NCBI GenBank assembly: GCA_041687695.1 | Contig: JAWLBL010000018.1 | Span: 96,001 to 160,000, forward strand | Direction: 5' to 3' | DNA length: 64,000 nt | Origin: Myxococcota bacterium | GTDB taxonomy: Bacteria > Myxococcota_A > UBA9042 > PHBI01 > JAWLBL01 | Shown: positions 21,678 to 35,980 of the stretch, one piece after another | How the letters are laid out: each line of letters begins with the position of its first letter | Position numbering within the stretch: position 1 is the first letter of the stretch | Position numbers and translations under genes: made by a program | The notes under the pieces: model-generated | What the model saw: the letters and a program-made list of their open reading frames with translations, nothing else | Databases searched by the model: none | What the model was told of the DNA's origin: nothing

Positions 21678-22447
21678 CCCTGAAGCTCCTTGAGAAGCGA
21701 TTCGGTGAGACTTCCGAAGAACAACTCGTTCTTGAACTCGCGGAGCGCGCTCAAGCGCTCCCAGGCCACGACGAGTTCGGTGTCCTCGGGCAGGGAGGTC
21801 GACACGTCGATGTCGAGCGTGACGCTGCGCCTCACCTGGGGATCCGAAGACGCGTCGGCCACCAGACGAATGCGTCCGACCAGGTCCGCTTCAGGCCTGA
21901 GCACCGGCATGGTCAACTCGAATCCGACGAGCGAGGCGGCCGGTCCGAGCAAAGGACGCGTCCTCAGCGAGATCGCCAGATCCTCCATTCCCAGGTTGAG
22001 TCGGTTGATGTAGCGCAGCCCTACGCGCGTGACACGCTCGACCGAGACCGCGTCGAGATACCTCGCCCAGTAGGCTTCGGCCTCGCTCCGCAGGTTCGCG
22101 AAGCTGTCATAGGGAGCGAGTTGGCTGTAGGTGAAGCCGTCCAACCGGAACTGAGCGACTCGGTTTTCCTGGTCGTTCAGGAACATCAGGCCGCGCGGGA
22201 CCTGCTGGGATGAAGCCGCGACCGTGCCGCCGAGCGCGAACTGGAATTCTCCCTGCAGCAGGGTGCGGGACCGTGGCAGACCGGCACCGAGCCGCTCCCT
22301 CGCCTGGTCGAGGTGTGCGAACGCCGTCCCCGGCTCGAGGTCCACGCGCAGGTCGATGAGGGCCTCGACAATGGGGGCCTTGCTGCCCAGATGCGGATAA
22401 GGAGGCTTCCGGTTCACGGGGTCGACGCGGCTCTCAGCGGGTTGCAC
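21674..22447 (-). CDS. TIGR04255-family protein
   Basis: YPHL..APIVEALIDLRV, QFRLDGFTYSQLAPY, RVGLRYINRL, LDID, LREFKNELFFGSLTE; start could be ~30 nt downstream. Confidence 0.8.
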   Translation of the reverse strand: MQPAESRVDPVNRKPPYPHLGSKAPIVEALIDLRVDLEPGTAFAHLDQARERLGAGLPRSRTLLQGEFQFALGGTVAASSQQVPRGLMFLNDQENRVAQFRLDGFTYSQLAPYDSFANLRSEAEAYWARYLDAVSVERVTRVGLRYINRLNLGMEDLAISLRTRPLLGPAASLVGFELTMPVLRPEADLVGRIRLVADASSDPQVRRSVTLDIDVSTSLPEDTELVVAWERLSALREFKNELFFGSLTESLLKELQG

Positions 22448-22518
22448 CTGTCGGTATGGTGATCCTCGATGATCACCAGGTCAACCCGCTGTCAACCCGC
22501 CAAGCCCAGCGGGCGTTC

Positions 22519-23193
22519 CTAGGCGTAGGCGAGGGAGAGGGCGAAGGCGGCGAAGGGCAGGGCGGACAGGCCCAGGCGCCTCCAGCGGGCGGGGCCGTCG
22601 TGGGCGGTGGCCGAGAAGGTGAGGGCGAGCCAGCCGAAGAAGCCGAGGACGGCGAGGAGGCCGAGCCAGGGGTTGGGCATCCAGTCGGAGGCGTAGCGGG
22701 CCTGGTAGTAGGCCAGGCGGTCGCCGTCGGGGAGGGGGCGCTGCTCGGTGGCGGCGGCCTCGGCCTCCCAGCGGACCAGCAGCGGGACCAGGGCGGCGTC
22801 CACGCGGGCGCGCCAGTCGGGGTCGACGCCCAGCAGGGTGCGCGAGGCGAAGAGGCCGGCGCGCAAGAGGGTCAGGGTCTGCACGGCGTCGGGCAGGTCG
22901 CCGCGGGCCAGCTGGGCCTCGTGCAGCTTCCACAGGCGCTCGGCGGCCTCGTCGCGCCAGGTGGCGCCCACGGGCAGGGTCCAGCTGATGGCGGCGCGCC
23001 ACTCGAGGGCGGCGACCAGCTCGTCGCCGCGGGTCAGCGCCTCGTCGCCGCGGTGCAGGGCCGCGGGGCCGCTGACGGCGACCCGCAGCACGACGCCGAG
23101 CAGCACCACCGCGGCGGCGGCGGCCCACAGGCGCCAGGGCCGGCGGGGCGGAGCGGGCGCCGGGGCGGCGGCGGGGGCCTCAGACGAAGTCAC
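22519..23193 (-). CDS. Hypothetical membrane protein at the end of the pil operon
   Basis: Three hydrophobic segments; GTG start overlapping the permease 3' end. Confidence 0.65.
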   Translation of the reverse strand: MTSSEAPAAAPAPAPPRRPWRLWAAAAAVVLLGVVLRVAVSGPAALHRGDEALTRGDELVAALEWRAAISWTLPVGATWRDEAAERLWKLHEAQLARGDLPDAVQTLTLLRAGLFASRTLLGVDPDWRARVDAALVPLLVRWEAEAAATEQRPLPDGDRLAYYQARYASDWMPNPWLGLLAVLGFFGWLALTFSATAHDGPARWRRLGLSALPFAAFALSLAYA

Positions 23194-24001
23194 GGCGCTG
23201 GAAGGCCAGGACGGCCAGCGCGAGGAAGATGGCGCCGTAGGCGAGGCCGTAGGCGAAGGAGTGGCCGACGTAGGCCCAGGGCGTCTCGACACCCATCAGG
23301 ACCTGCTGGCTGGTGTTGAAGACGCTGAGATCGGGGAAGGTCGCGGTGACCGCCTCGCCGAAGGGGCGCAGGCCCGGGTTCTTGGTGAAGAAGCCCTTGG
23401 TCTGGCCCAGCATCTCGGCGACCACGTAGACCACGCGGCCGACGGCGAACAGGCCGGCCGTGAACAGCGCCGTCATCACCGGCGACGAGATGGCCGAGAA
23501 CATCACGGCGGCCGCGGTGACCAGGCCCACCTCGAAGAAGACCAGGGTCAGGCCCTTGACCAGCTCGGCCGTGATGGGCACGCCCTGCACCGACAGCACC
23601 AGGAACCAGACCAGCGCCAGGCCCACCACCTCGACCAGCAGGATGCCCCACAGCCCGAAGTACTTGCCCAGCACGACCTCGTAGCGCTGCACCGGCTTGG
23701 ACACGATGGTGAAGATGGTCTTCTTCTCGACCTCCTTGTGCAGCAGGACCGCGCCCATGACGATGGCGGTCACCACGCAGAACAGGCTGATGGCGAAGAA
23801 GCCGAAGTCCAGCACGACGCGCGGCCCCTCGCCCACCACGCTCAGCTCGGCCAGCACCATCGAGCAGCCGATGAAGGCCACCGCGCTGACCAGCAGGCCG
23901 ATGAAGACGCGGTTGCGCACCGCCTCGCGGAAGGTGTTCTGGGCGATGGCCCCGACGCGCGCGGGGCTGATGATCTCGCTGAGCTCAGGCCGCACGGGCA
24001 T
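23180..24001 (-). CDS. pilI: ABC transporter permease, PilI-like
   Basis: [46 protein letters not shown]; position in a Myxococcus-like pil cluster. Confidence 0.8.
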   Translation of the reverse strand: MPVRPELSEIISPARVGAIAQNTFREAVRNRVFIGLLVSAVAFIGCSMVLAELSVVGEGPRVVLDFGFFAISLFCVVTAIVMGAVLLHKEVEKKTIFTIVSKPVQRYEVVLGKYFGLWGILLVEVVGLALVWFLVLSVQGVPITAELVKGLTLVFFEVGLVTAAAVMFSAISSPVMTALFTAGLFAVGRVVYVVAEMLGQTKGFFTKNPGLRPFGEAVTATFPDLSVFNTSQQVLMGVETPWAYVGHSFAYGLAYGAIFLALAVLAFQRRDFV

Positions 24002-24938
24002 CCCCCTCGGACCGACGCATGAAGAACTGCTCGAGGGTCTCGCGGTGCGCGTTGACCGTCAGCACCTGCGCGCCCGCCTCGACCAGCAGGCGCAGCGCCT
24101 CCTGGGCGCGCGCCGTCTCGACCGCCACCGTGAGCCCCTGCGGGCCCTCGGTCAGCCGTGCGCCCAGCGCCTCGAGCGCCGGCCGCGCCGCCTCGGGCAC
24201 CCCCGCCGCCACGATGTCGGTCAGGCTGCCGTCGCCCTCCAGCAGCTCGCGCAGGGCGCCGACCCGCTCGACCGCCCCGTCGCGCAGGATGGCGACCCGG
24301 TCACACAAGGTCTCGATGTCGTGCAGGATGTGCGACGACAGGAAGATGGTCTTGCCCTCGGCCCGCAGCGCGGCGATGAGCTCGCGCACCTCGTGGCGCC
24401 CCACCGGGTCCAGGCCGCTCATCGGCTCGTCCATCACCACCAGCCGCGGGTCGTTGACCAGCGCCTGCGCGATGCCGACCCGCTGCAGCATGCCCTTGGA
24501 GAAGCCCCGCAGGCGCCGGTGCTTGGCGTGGCCCAGGCCCACCCGGTCGAGCAGCTGGTCGACCCGCGGGTGGCGCACCTTGCGCGGGATGCGGAAGAGC
24601 TTGCCGTAGAAGTCGACCACCTCGAAGGCGGTCAGGTAGTCGTAGAAGTAGGGGTGCTCGGGCAGGTAGCCGATGTGCTGCCTGACCGCCGCGTCCTCGG
24701 CCGGGCGCCCGAACAGGCGCACCGAGCCGGCGGTCGGCTGAATCAGGCTCATCGCCATCTTCATCGTCGTGGTCTTGCCGGCGCCGTTGGGGCCCAGGTA
24801 GCCGAAGATCTGCCCCTGCTCGACGTCCAGCGTCACCCCGCGCACGGCCTGCACGCGCTTGAGCCGGAAGCCGACCTTGAACTCCTTGTGCAGGCCCTCG
24901 AAGGACAGGGCGGGCGCCTGCGGGTCGATCTGCGTCAT
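23985..24938 (-). CDS. pilH: ABC transporter ATP-binding protein, PilH-like
   Basis: [30 protein letters not shown]; pil context. Confidence 0.85.
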   Translation of the reverse strand: MTQIDPQAPALSFEGLHKEFKVGFRLKRVQAVRGVTLDVEQGQIFGYLGPNGAGKTTTMKMAMSLIQPTAGSVRLFGRPAEDAAVRQHIGYLPEHPYFYDYLTAFEVVDFYGKLFRIPRKVRHPRVDQLLDRVGLGHAKHRRLRGFSKGMLQRVGIAQALVNDPRLVVMDEPMSGLDPVGRHEVRELIAALRAEGKTIFLSSHILHDIETLCDRVAILRDGAVERVGALRELLEGDGSLTDIVAAGVPEAARPALEALGARLTEGPQGLTVAVETARAQEALRLLVEAGAQVLTVNAHRETLEQFFMRRSEGDARAA

Positions 24939-26094
24939 GGGGTGCTCCGTCGGGCGGGGGCCTGCGCGTCGGCCAGCGCGTCGGCCAGCGCGTCGACCAC
25001 GACCTCGACGTCGGCCTGGGTCATGGCCAGCGTGGCCGGCAGGGTCAGCGTGCTGGCCTGCGCGCGGCTGGCGTTGGGCAGGCGGGCCGGGTCGGCGTCG
25101 GGGCGCCCGCGGTAGGCGGGCTGCAGGGCCAGCGCGTAGCCGCCCAGCGTGGTCTGCACGCCACGGCCGGCGAGTCGGTCGATGACCTGGTCGCGGTCGA
25201 TCTCGGGGTCGAGCAGGACGACCAGGCTCTGGAAGGCCAGATCGGGCTGCTGGTAGCCGGCGGGCCAGCTGACCCGGGGCAGGGCGGCCAGCGCCTCGCG
25301 GTACCAGGCGGCGAGGCGGGCGCGGCCGGCGACGATGGCGTCGAGGCGCGTCATCTGCACCTGGCCCAGCGCGGCGTGCAGCTCGCTCATGCGGTAGTTG
25401 AAGCCGACCGCGTGGAAGCGCTGCCAGCGGCCGTCGCCCGGGGCCGGCTCGTCCATGCCGTGGTTGCGGAGGCGCCGCAGGCGGTGGGCCAGCGCGGGGT
25501 CGGCGGTCAGCACCATCCCGCCCTCGGCGGTGGTCAGGGTCTTGCGCGGGTGGAAGGACAGGCAGACCAGGTGGTCGCCCGAGGCCCAGCGGGCGGCGTC
25601 GTCTTGGCGGGGGGCGGTGCCCAGGGCGCAGGCGGCGTCCTCGACCAGCCACCACCCGCGGGCCTGGGCCAGGGCCGAGAGCGCGGCCATGGGGGCCGGG
25701 ATGCCGAAGGGGTGGACCACCAGCACGCCGCGCGTGCGCTCGGTGGCGACGGCGGCGACCGACTCGGCGGTCAGGGCGAAGCGGTCCAGATCGACGTCGG
25801 CGGGGACGGCGCGGGCGCCGCACAGCTCGACCACGTTGGCGGTGGCCGGGAAGCCGAAGGCGGGGACGATGACCTCGTCGCCGGGGCCGACGTCCAGCGC
25901 CGCGAGGGCCAGGTGCAGGGCGGCGGTGCCCGAGCTGCAGGCGACGGCGCAGGGCAGGGCCAGGCGCTGGGCGACGGCGGCCTCGAAGGCGGCGACGCGC
26001 GGGCCCTGGACCAGCTGGCCCGAGGCGAGCACCTCGGCCAGGGCGGCGGCCTCTTCGAAGCCCAGCTCGGGGCGGTGCAGTGGGTAATCGACCG

Positions 26095-26098
<4 letters not shown>
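24935..26098 (-). CDS. DegT/DnrJ/EryC1/StrS PLP-dependent sugar aminotransferase
   Basis: SSGTAALHLAL, GPGDEVIVP, EDAACALG, SFHPRKTLTTAEGG, GFNYRMSEL. Confidence 0.93.
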
Positions 26099-27068
<970 letters not shown>

Positions 27069-27072
<4 letters not shown>

Positions 27073-28083
27073 GGCGCCTCGGGGGGGACGTGCGGGTCGG
27101 GGTCGTCGGGGGCCAGCGGCAGCGCGTCGGGGCGGGCCCAGTCGCTGGGCAGGGGGGCGGCCTGTTTGTCGCCGACCAGCTCGAAGAGCGAGATGGGGAC
27201 GTAGGGGTAGTCGCGCTTCCAGGCGACCTCGAGCGCGGCCAGGCGCTGGGCGGTCGCGGCCGAGCCGAACTGGGCGAGGCGCGAGCGGAGGGACTCGCGC
27301 TCGGCGTCGCTGGCCTCCCAGTAGCGCAGCGTCGCGTGCAGCAGGGCCATCTCGACGTCGTTGTCCTCGTAGTACAGGTTGGACACGAAGTTGGGGTCGA
27401 GCTGCGAGCCGGGCAGGGCGGCGGCGACGGCGAAGTACTCGAGGGCGCGCGCGCGCAGGGCGGCGCGCTCGGCGGCGTCCTTGGGCTTCCACTCGATGAG
27501 GTAGTTGAAGCCGATGTCGAGGTAGAAGCGCCAGTGGTCGGGGAAGCGCTCGAGGCCGCGGCGCGAGTAGTCGTTGGACAGCTCGAGGGTGTCGTTGCCG
27601 ATGAACTGGCCGAACTTGACCGCCTGCGAGGCCCACTCGTACACGCGCGGGTTGTCGGGGTCGAGGGCGATGACGGCGTCGAGGTAGGTCGGCAGCAGGG
27701 TGAAGATGCGGTCGTGGAAGAGGTGGCGGACGAAGTAGGCGTTGGCCTGCAGGAACAGGAGATCGGCGGCGAAGGCCTCGTGGCCGAGGGCCATCAGGCG
27801 CAGCACGTCGTGGGGCGGCAGGAAGACGGTCTCGACGGCGGCGGCGCGGTCGAGGTGGGCGGCCTCGTAACGCAGCTCGAGGCGGGCGGTGCGGGTGACC
27901 AGGGTCGCGAGCACGACGGCGGCGGCGATGACCAGCACGGTCAGGCGGCGGCGCTGGGTGGCGCCCCACCAGCGGAGCCAGTCGGCCAGCCAGCGCACGA
28001 AGCGCACGGGCGCCATGGCCAGGGCGACCAGCGAGCCGGTGAGCGCGCCGATGCGGGACTCGGCGCCGGACGCGGCGCGGGGC

Positions 28084-28094
<11 letters not shown>
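27069..28094 (-). CDS. pilG: PilG-like (Myxococcus pilGHI) membrane-anchored helical protein
   Basis: N-terminal [41 protein letters not shown]; between pilR and pilH; symbol assigned partly by synteny. Confidence 0.65.
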
Positions 28095-29490
<1,396 letters not shown>

Positions 29491-29496
29491 GGCGCG

Positions 29497-31419
29497 TTAT
29501 GAACCCATCGGTCGCGGGGATGATGCCTGCCCGGCCGCGGGGCTGTCGAGCGCGGTCTGCAGGGCCGGCTCGAACGGTCGGCTGGCCCGGGCGGGGCGCG
29601 TGTGCAGGCCGGGGCTGGGGTCGAGGCCGGGCGCGGCGTCGGCGGCGGCCTCGGGGAGATCGACGATGAAGCGCGTGCCCTCGCCCGGCGGGCCGTCCGC
29701 CTGGCTGCTGACCTCAATCGTCCCGCCGTGCTCGGTCACGATGCGGTAGACGGTGGCGAGGCCCAGGCCGGTGCCGCCGGTCTTGGTGGTGAAGAAGGGC
29801 TCGAAGACGCTCTGGAGCGCCTCGCGCGGGATGCCGCAGCCGGTGTCGGCGACCTCGAGGCGGAGCTGGCGCGCGTGCGCGGGGCCGGTCGTGGTCAGGC
29901 GGACCTCGAGGCGGCGCGGGGCGTGACCCGCGGGCATGGCCTCGACGGCGTTGGCGAGCAGGTTCCAGACGACCTGCTTGAGGGCGCTGGGATCGGCCAC
30001 GACGTAGGCGGGCGAGGCGAGGTCGACCTGGATGTCGACGCCGATCGCGCGCTCGTCGAAGCGCAGCATGCGGACGGCCTCGTCGACGATGACGGCCAGA
30101 TCGATGCGCAGCTGGTCGCCGCGGCGGGGCCGGGCGTAGGTGAGGAAGTCGGTGATCCAGCGGTTGAGGGCGTCGGCCTCGCGCGAGACGATGTTCATCA
30201 GGCGGCGCTCGTCATCCTGGAGCTCCAGCGAGGCCCCGAGCATCTGGATGGAGCCGCTGATTGCGGCGAGCGGGTTTCTGACGTCGTGGGCGATCGAGGC
30301 GGCGAGCTTGCCGAGCCCCGCCAAGGACTCGGCGCGCCGGACCTTCTCCTCCATCTCGCGGACGCGGCTGACGTCGTTGACGACCAACAGGTAGCCGCCG
30401 GGCGTGTCGTCGGGCGAGGCGTCCGGGTCGGCGTCCTTGGCCTCGGCGAGCGGCGAGATGGACCACTGGACGTGGCGGCGTTGGCCCTGCGGGTCGTACA
30501 GCGGCTTTTCGAAGACGGTGCCCAGGGCCTCGGGGGCGAGATCGAGCGGCCGCAGGTAGGGGAAGGAGACGCCGACGTCCTGGCCGCGGACCTCGGCGAA
30601 GGCGCGGCCGAGCAGGGCCTCGCCGATGCCGTTGATGAAGGTGACGCGGCCGAGGTGGTCGAGCGTGACCAGGCCCGAGGGGATGGAGGCGACGATGCTC
30701 TCGTGCAGGGCGCGGAGGTCCTCGAGCTGGCCGCGTTCGGCGGCGAGCTGGCGGTCGGTGCGGCGGAGCTTCTCGGACAGCTGCGAGGCGAGCAGGGCGA
30801 TGGCGTAGAAGGCGAAGATGTTGTTGATGAGGCTGTAGGCGAGGCCGCCGAGGCGGCTGGCGTCGTCGACCTGGGCGAGCGGGCGGATGGGGGCGACGCC
30901 CTCGCGGCGCATGGCCTTGACGGGGGCGACCTCGGCGACGCCGAACTCGCCCAGGCCGATGAGCAGGAAGAGGACGGCGCAGCTGGTGGCCGTGAACAGG
31001 GCGCCGGGGCGATACAGGAGGATCGCCGCGTTCACGATGGTCAGCGAGAAGATGAAGGTGAAGGCGCTGCTGGTGCCGCCGGTCAGGACGACCAGGGTGG
31101 CGGCGAAGAGCGTGTCACCGAGCAGCTCGACGTAGGCGAGGCGGCGCAGGTGGTCTTCGGTGCGGATGAAGCGCAGCGCGACCGCGTAGGCCACGCTGAG
31201 CAGGCACATCACGCCGGCGACCGCGTACAGGATGAGGGTCGTCGAGCTGAGGGCGAGGCCCGGCAGATCGGGGGCGGCCGGAGGGCCGTACAGGGCCGTG
31301 GCGCCCGTGAGGAACGCCACGACCACCATCCGGAACAGGCTGAGCCATCGCAGCTTCTGCCGGAGGTCGCTCTCGCGCGCCGGCTGGACCTTGGAGGCGT
31401 CGGCTGGGGTGGCGGTCAA
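29497..31419 (-). CDS. pilS: Membrane sensor histidine kinase PilS
   Basis: About 6 TM helices, PAS region, AHDVRNPL H-box, NLLANA, DTGCGI, FFTTKTGGTGLGL; TTG start approximate. Confidence 0.9.
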   Translation of the reverse strand: MTATPADASKVQPARESDLRQKLRWLSLFRMVVVAFLTGATALYGPPAAPDLPGLALSSTTLILYAVAGVMCLLSVAYAVALRFIRTEDHLRRLAYVELLGDTLFAATLVVLTGGTSSAFTFIFSLTIVNAAILLYRPGALFTATSCAVLFLLIGLGEFGVAEVAPVKAMRREGVAPIRPLAQVDDASRLGGLAYSLINNIFAFYAIALLASQLSEKLRRTDRQLAAERGQLEDLRALHESIVASIPSGLVTLDHLGRVTFINGIGEALLGRAFAEVRGQDVGVSFPYLRPLDLAPEALGTVFEKPLYDPQGQRRHVQWSISPLAEAKDADPDASPDDTPGGYLLVVNDVSRVREMEEKVRRAESLAGLGKLAASIAHDVRNPLAAISGSIQMLGASLELQDDERRLMNIVSREADALNRWITDFLTYARPRRGDQLRIDLAVIVDEAVRMLRFDERAIGVDIQVDLASPAYVVADPSALKQVVWNLLANAVEAMPAGHAPRRLEVRLTTTGPAHARQLRLEVADTGCGIPREALQSVFEPFFTTKTGGTGLGLATVYRIVTEHGGTIEVSSQADGPPGEGTRFIVDLPEAAADAAPGLDPSPGLHTRPARASRPFEPALQTALDSPAAGQASSPRPMGS

Positions 31420-31427
31420 CGAACCTA

Positions 31428-32633
31428 TCAGCTCACGCTGTCGGCCATGCTGAAGATCGGCATGTACATCGACAGGAGCACCACGCCGATGATGCCGCCG
31501 AGGACCACCATGATGAGCGGCTCGATGAGCGAGGTGATGCCGTCGACGGCGGCGTCCACCTCGTCCTCGTAGAAGTCGGCGATCTTGCCGAGCATGACGT
31601 CCATGGCGCCGGTCGACTCGCCGACCGCGACCATCTGCACGACCATCTTCGGGAAGACGTTCTGCTCGAGCAGGGGGCCCGCGACCGACTTGCCTTCCGA
31701 GATCTTGTCGCGGGTGTACATGATGGCCCGCTCGATGACCCGGTTGCCTGCGGTCTTGGCGACGATCTCGAGGCTGTCGAGGATGGGCACGCCCGAGGAG
31801 AGGAGGGTGCCGAGCGTCCGGGTGAACTTGGCGACCGCGGCCTTCTTGAGCAGCGTGCCGAAGATGGGGAGCTTGAGCAGGAACGTGTCCCAGTACCAGC
31901 CGCCCTTGTCGGTCTTGATGGTGTAGCCGAAGGCGAAGGCGAAGGCGATGAGGCCGACGATGAGGGTCGGCAGGTTGGCGATGGTCCAGTCGGAGATGGC
32001 GAGCACCGTGGCCGTCAGCGCCGGCAGGTCCTTGCCCATCGAGGTGAACATGCCGGCGAAGGACGGGATGACCTTCACCATCAGAAAGCCGGTGATGATG
32101 ACCGACACCGCGAGCACCGTGACCGGGTACTTCATGGCCGACTTGACCCGCTGCTTGAGCTTCATGGATTTCTCCATGTAGTTCGCGAGGCGGTTCAAGA
32201 TGGTGTCGAGGATGCCGCCCATCTCGCCGGCGGCCACCAGGTTCACGAAGAGGTTGTCGAAGACCTTCGGGTGCTTGGCCAGCGCCTCGGCGAAGGTCGA
32301 GCCGCTCTCGATCTGCTGCTTGACGTTCAGGATGACCTTCTGGAAGGACGGGTTGGGCTCCTGGGTGCCCAGGATCTCCATGCACTGAACGAGCGGCAGG
32401 CCGGCGTCGATCATCGTGGCCAGCTGGCGGATGAAGACCACGCGGCTCTTGACCGGCACGCCGCCCATGCCGGGCAGCGTCAAGTTCAGGTCGCCCTTCT
32501 TCTTCTTGACGCTGCTGGGGGTGAGCCCCATGCCGCGGATCTTCTTCTCGGCCTCGATCTGATTGGGCGCGTCGAGGACGCCCGACTTGATCTCGCCGGC
32601 CGAGGTCGTCGCTTCCCAGGTAAAGAGGGCCAT
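31428..32633 (-). CDS. pilC: Type IV pilus platform protein PilC
   Basis: RQLATMIDAGLPL, AGEMGGILD, SAMKYP, VGESTGAMD, LIEP. Confidence 0.96.
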   Translation of the reverse strand: MALFTWEATTSAGEIKSGVLDAPNQIEAEKKIRGMGLTPSSVKKKKGDLNLTLPGMGGVPVKSRVVFIRQLATMIDAGLPLVQCMEILGTQEPNPSFQKVILNVKQQIESGSTFAEALAKHPKVFDNLFVNLVAAGEMGGILDTILNRLANYMEKSMKLKQRVKSAMKYPVTVLAVSVIITGFLMVKVIPSFAGMFTSMGKDLPALTATVLAISDWTIANLPTLIVGLIAFAFAFGYTIKTDKGGWYWDTFLLKLPIFGTLLKKAAVAKFTRTLGTLLSSGVPILDSLEIVAKTAGNRVIERAIMYTRDKISEGKSVAGPLLEQNVFPKMVVQMVAVGESTGAMDVMLGKIADFYEDEVDAAVDGITSLIEPLIMVVLGGIIGVVLLSMYMPIFSMADSVS

Positions 32634-32744
32634 CTCAGCGTCTCCTGCCGTTCGGGCGGGCCGAGGAGGGCCCTGGCCGCCGCGCCCCGTCCCCGGGGCA
32701 CGTCCCCGACGCGAGTCTACGTCGGGGCGCGCGAACAGCGAAAG

Positions 32745-34042
<1,298 letters not shown>

Positions 34043-34046
<4 letters not shown>

Positions 34047-35812
34047 TTGTCGGACCTCGTGACGCGCATGACCTCCTCGATGGTCGAGGTGCCCTCGAGG
34101 ATCTTCTTGATGCCCGACATGCGCAGGGTCTGCATGCCCAGCTTCATCGCCTCGCGCTTGAGCTCCATCGCCGAGTAGCCCTGGAGCACGCAGTCCTTGA
34201 TCTCGTCGCCGACGTGCATGACCTCGTAGAGCGCGACGCGGCCCTTGTAGCCCGAGTCGTTGCACTTGGCGCAGCCCTTGCCCTTGAGCAGGGTGCCGCC
34301 GCACTCCTCGATCTGCGCGTCCGTGAAGCCGCAGTCCTTGAGGACGCTCTTCTCGATCTGCACCGGCTCCTTGCACTCGTTGCAGTTCCGGCGCGCGAGG
34401 CGCTGGGCCACGATGCAGTTGAGCGAGGCCGTCACGAGGAACGGCTCGACGCCCATGTTGAGCAGACGGTTGATGGTCGAGGGGGCGTCGTTGGTGTGAA
34501 GGGTCGACAGCACGAGGTGGCCCGTGAGGGCGGCCTTGATGGCGATCTCGGCCGTCTCGAAGTCACGGATCTCGCCGACCATGATGATGTCGGGGTCCTG
34601 ACGGAGGAAGGCGCGCAGGGCCGCCGAGAAGTTGAGCCCAATGCCGTCGTTCATCTGGCACTGGTTGATGCCCATCAGGTTGAACTCGACCGGATCCTCG
34701 GCGGTCGAGATGTTCTCGCTGGCCTTGTTGAGCTCGCTGAGCGCCGAGTACAGCGTGGTCGTCTTGCCGGAACCCGTCGGCCCCGTGACCAGCACCATGC
34801 CGAAGGGCTGGTGGATGTCGTGCTTGAAGACCTCGAGCTGCGCCGACTCGAAGCCCAGCTTGGTCATGTCGAGCTGCAGGTTCGACTTGTCGAGGATTCG
34901 GAGGACGACCTTCTCGCCGAACAGGCAGGGGAGCACGTTGACGCGGAAGTCGACCTCGCGGTCGGCGCCCAGGACCAGCTTGATACGACCGTCCTGCGGC
35001 AGGCGGCGCTCGGCGATGTCCATGTCCGCCATGATCTTCAGGCGGCTGATGATGGCGTTGCGCATGCGCATCGGGGGCCGCATGATCTCGTGCAGCACGC
35101 CGTCGATGCGGTAGCGGATGCGGAACTCCTTCTCGTACGGCTCGATGTGGATGTCGGACGCGCCCCGCTTGATGGCGTCGACCAGCACCAGGTTCACGAG
35201 CCGGACGACCGGCGCCTCGCGCGACTCCTTCTCGGCCCCCTCGACGTCGAACTCGTCCTCGTCGGTGAGCGCCTTGACCTCGGCCTCGTCCAGGCCCTCC
35301 ATCAGCCCGACGGTGGCCTCGACCTCGTCGTAGTACTTGTCGAGCGCGGCCTGCACGGCCTTCTCGCTGGTGACGACCACCTCGACGTTGAAGCCGGTCA
35401 GGAACTTGATGTCGTCCATCGCGTAGATGTTCGACGGGTCGCTCATCGCGACGACCAGCGTGTTGCCGTGCCGGTCGATGGGGATGGCCGAGTGCTTCTG
35501 GGCGACGTCCCTCGGGATGAGCTTGATGACGGCGTCCTCGACCTGCACCTCGGCCAGGTTGATCGAGGGCACGCCGTACTGGCGGCTCAGGAACTCGACG
35601 AGCTGCGTCTCCTCGACGTAGCCGAGGCGGGCCAGCGCGCCGGTCAGCGGCGTGCCGTCCTTCTTCGTCGCCGTCCGGGCGTCGGCGAGCTGCGTCTCGC
35701 TGATGAGGCGGTTACGGACGAGGAGGTCCCCGACGTTCGTCCGCATCGAGCGCCCACCCTGGGCCTGCATGGCGGCACGGGTGTTCGGGAGGGAGTCGTT
35801 GTCGTTCGCCAT
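34043..35812 (-). CDS. pilB: Type IVa pilus extension ATPase PilB
   Basis: ASDIHIEP, DIAERRLPQDG, GPTGSGKTTT, LRQDPD, two CxxC pairs. Confidence 0.96.
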
Positions 35813-35980
35813 CTTCGCTCCGCGCGCGAGAGAGCTTGGCCGGCCGAGACGCGCCCCCACGTCGGTCAGCTTCGCGTTTCGAGGGCCCATCGTACGCGGA
35901 AGCCGGCGAGGGTGTCAAGCGCCCCTCCCGGCCACAAGTATGCGTAACGAATACGGTTTCAAGGCCCTGCGGGGGCCCTG

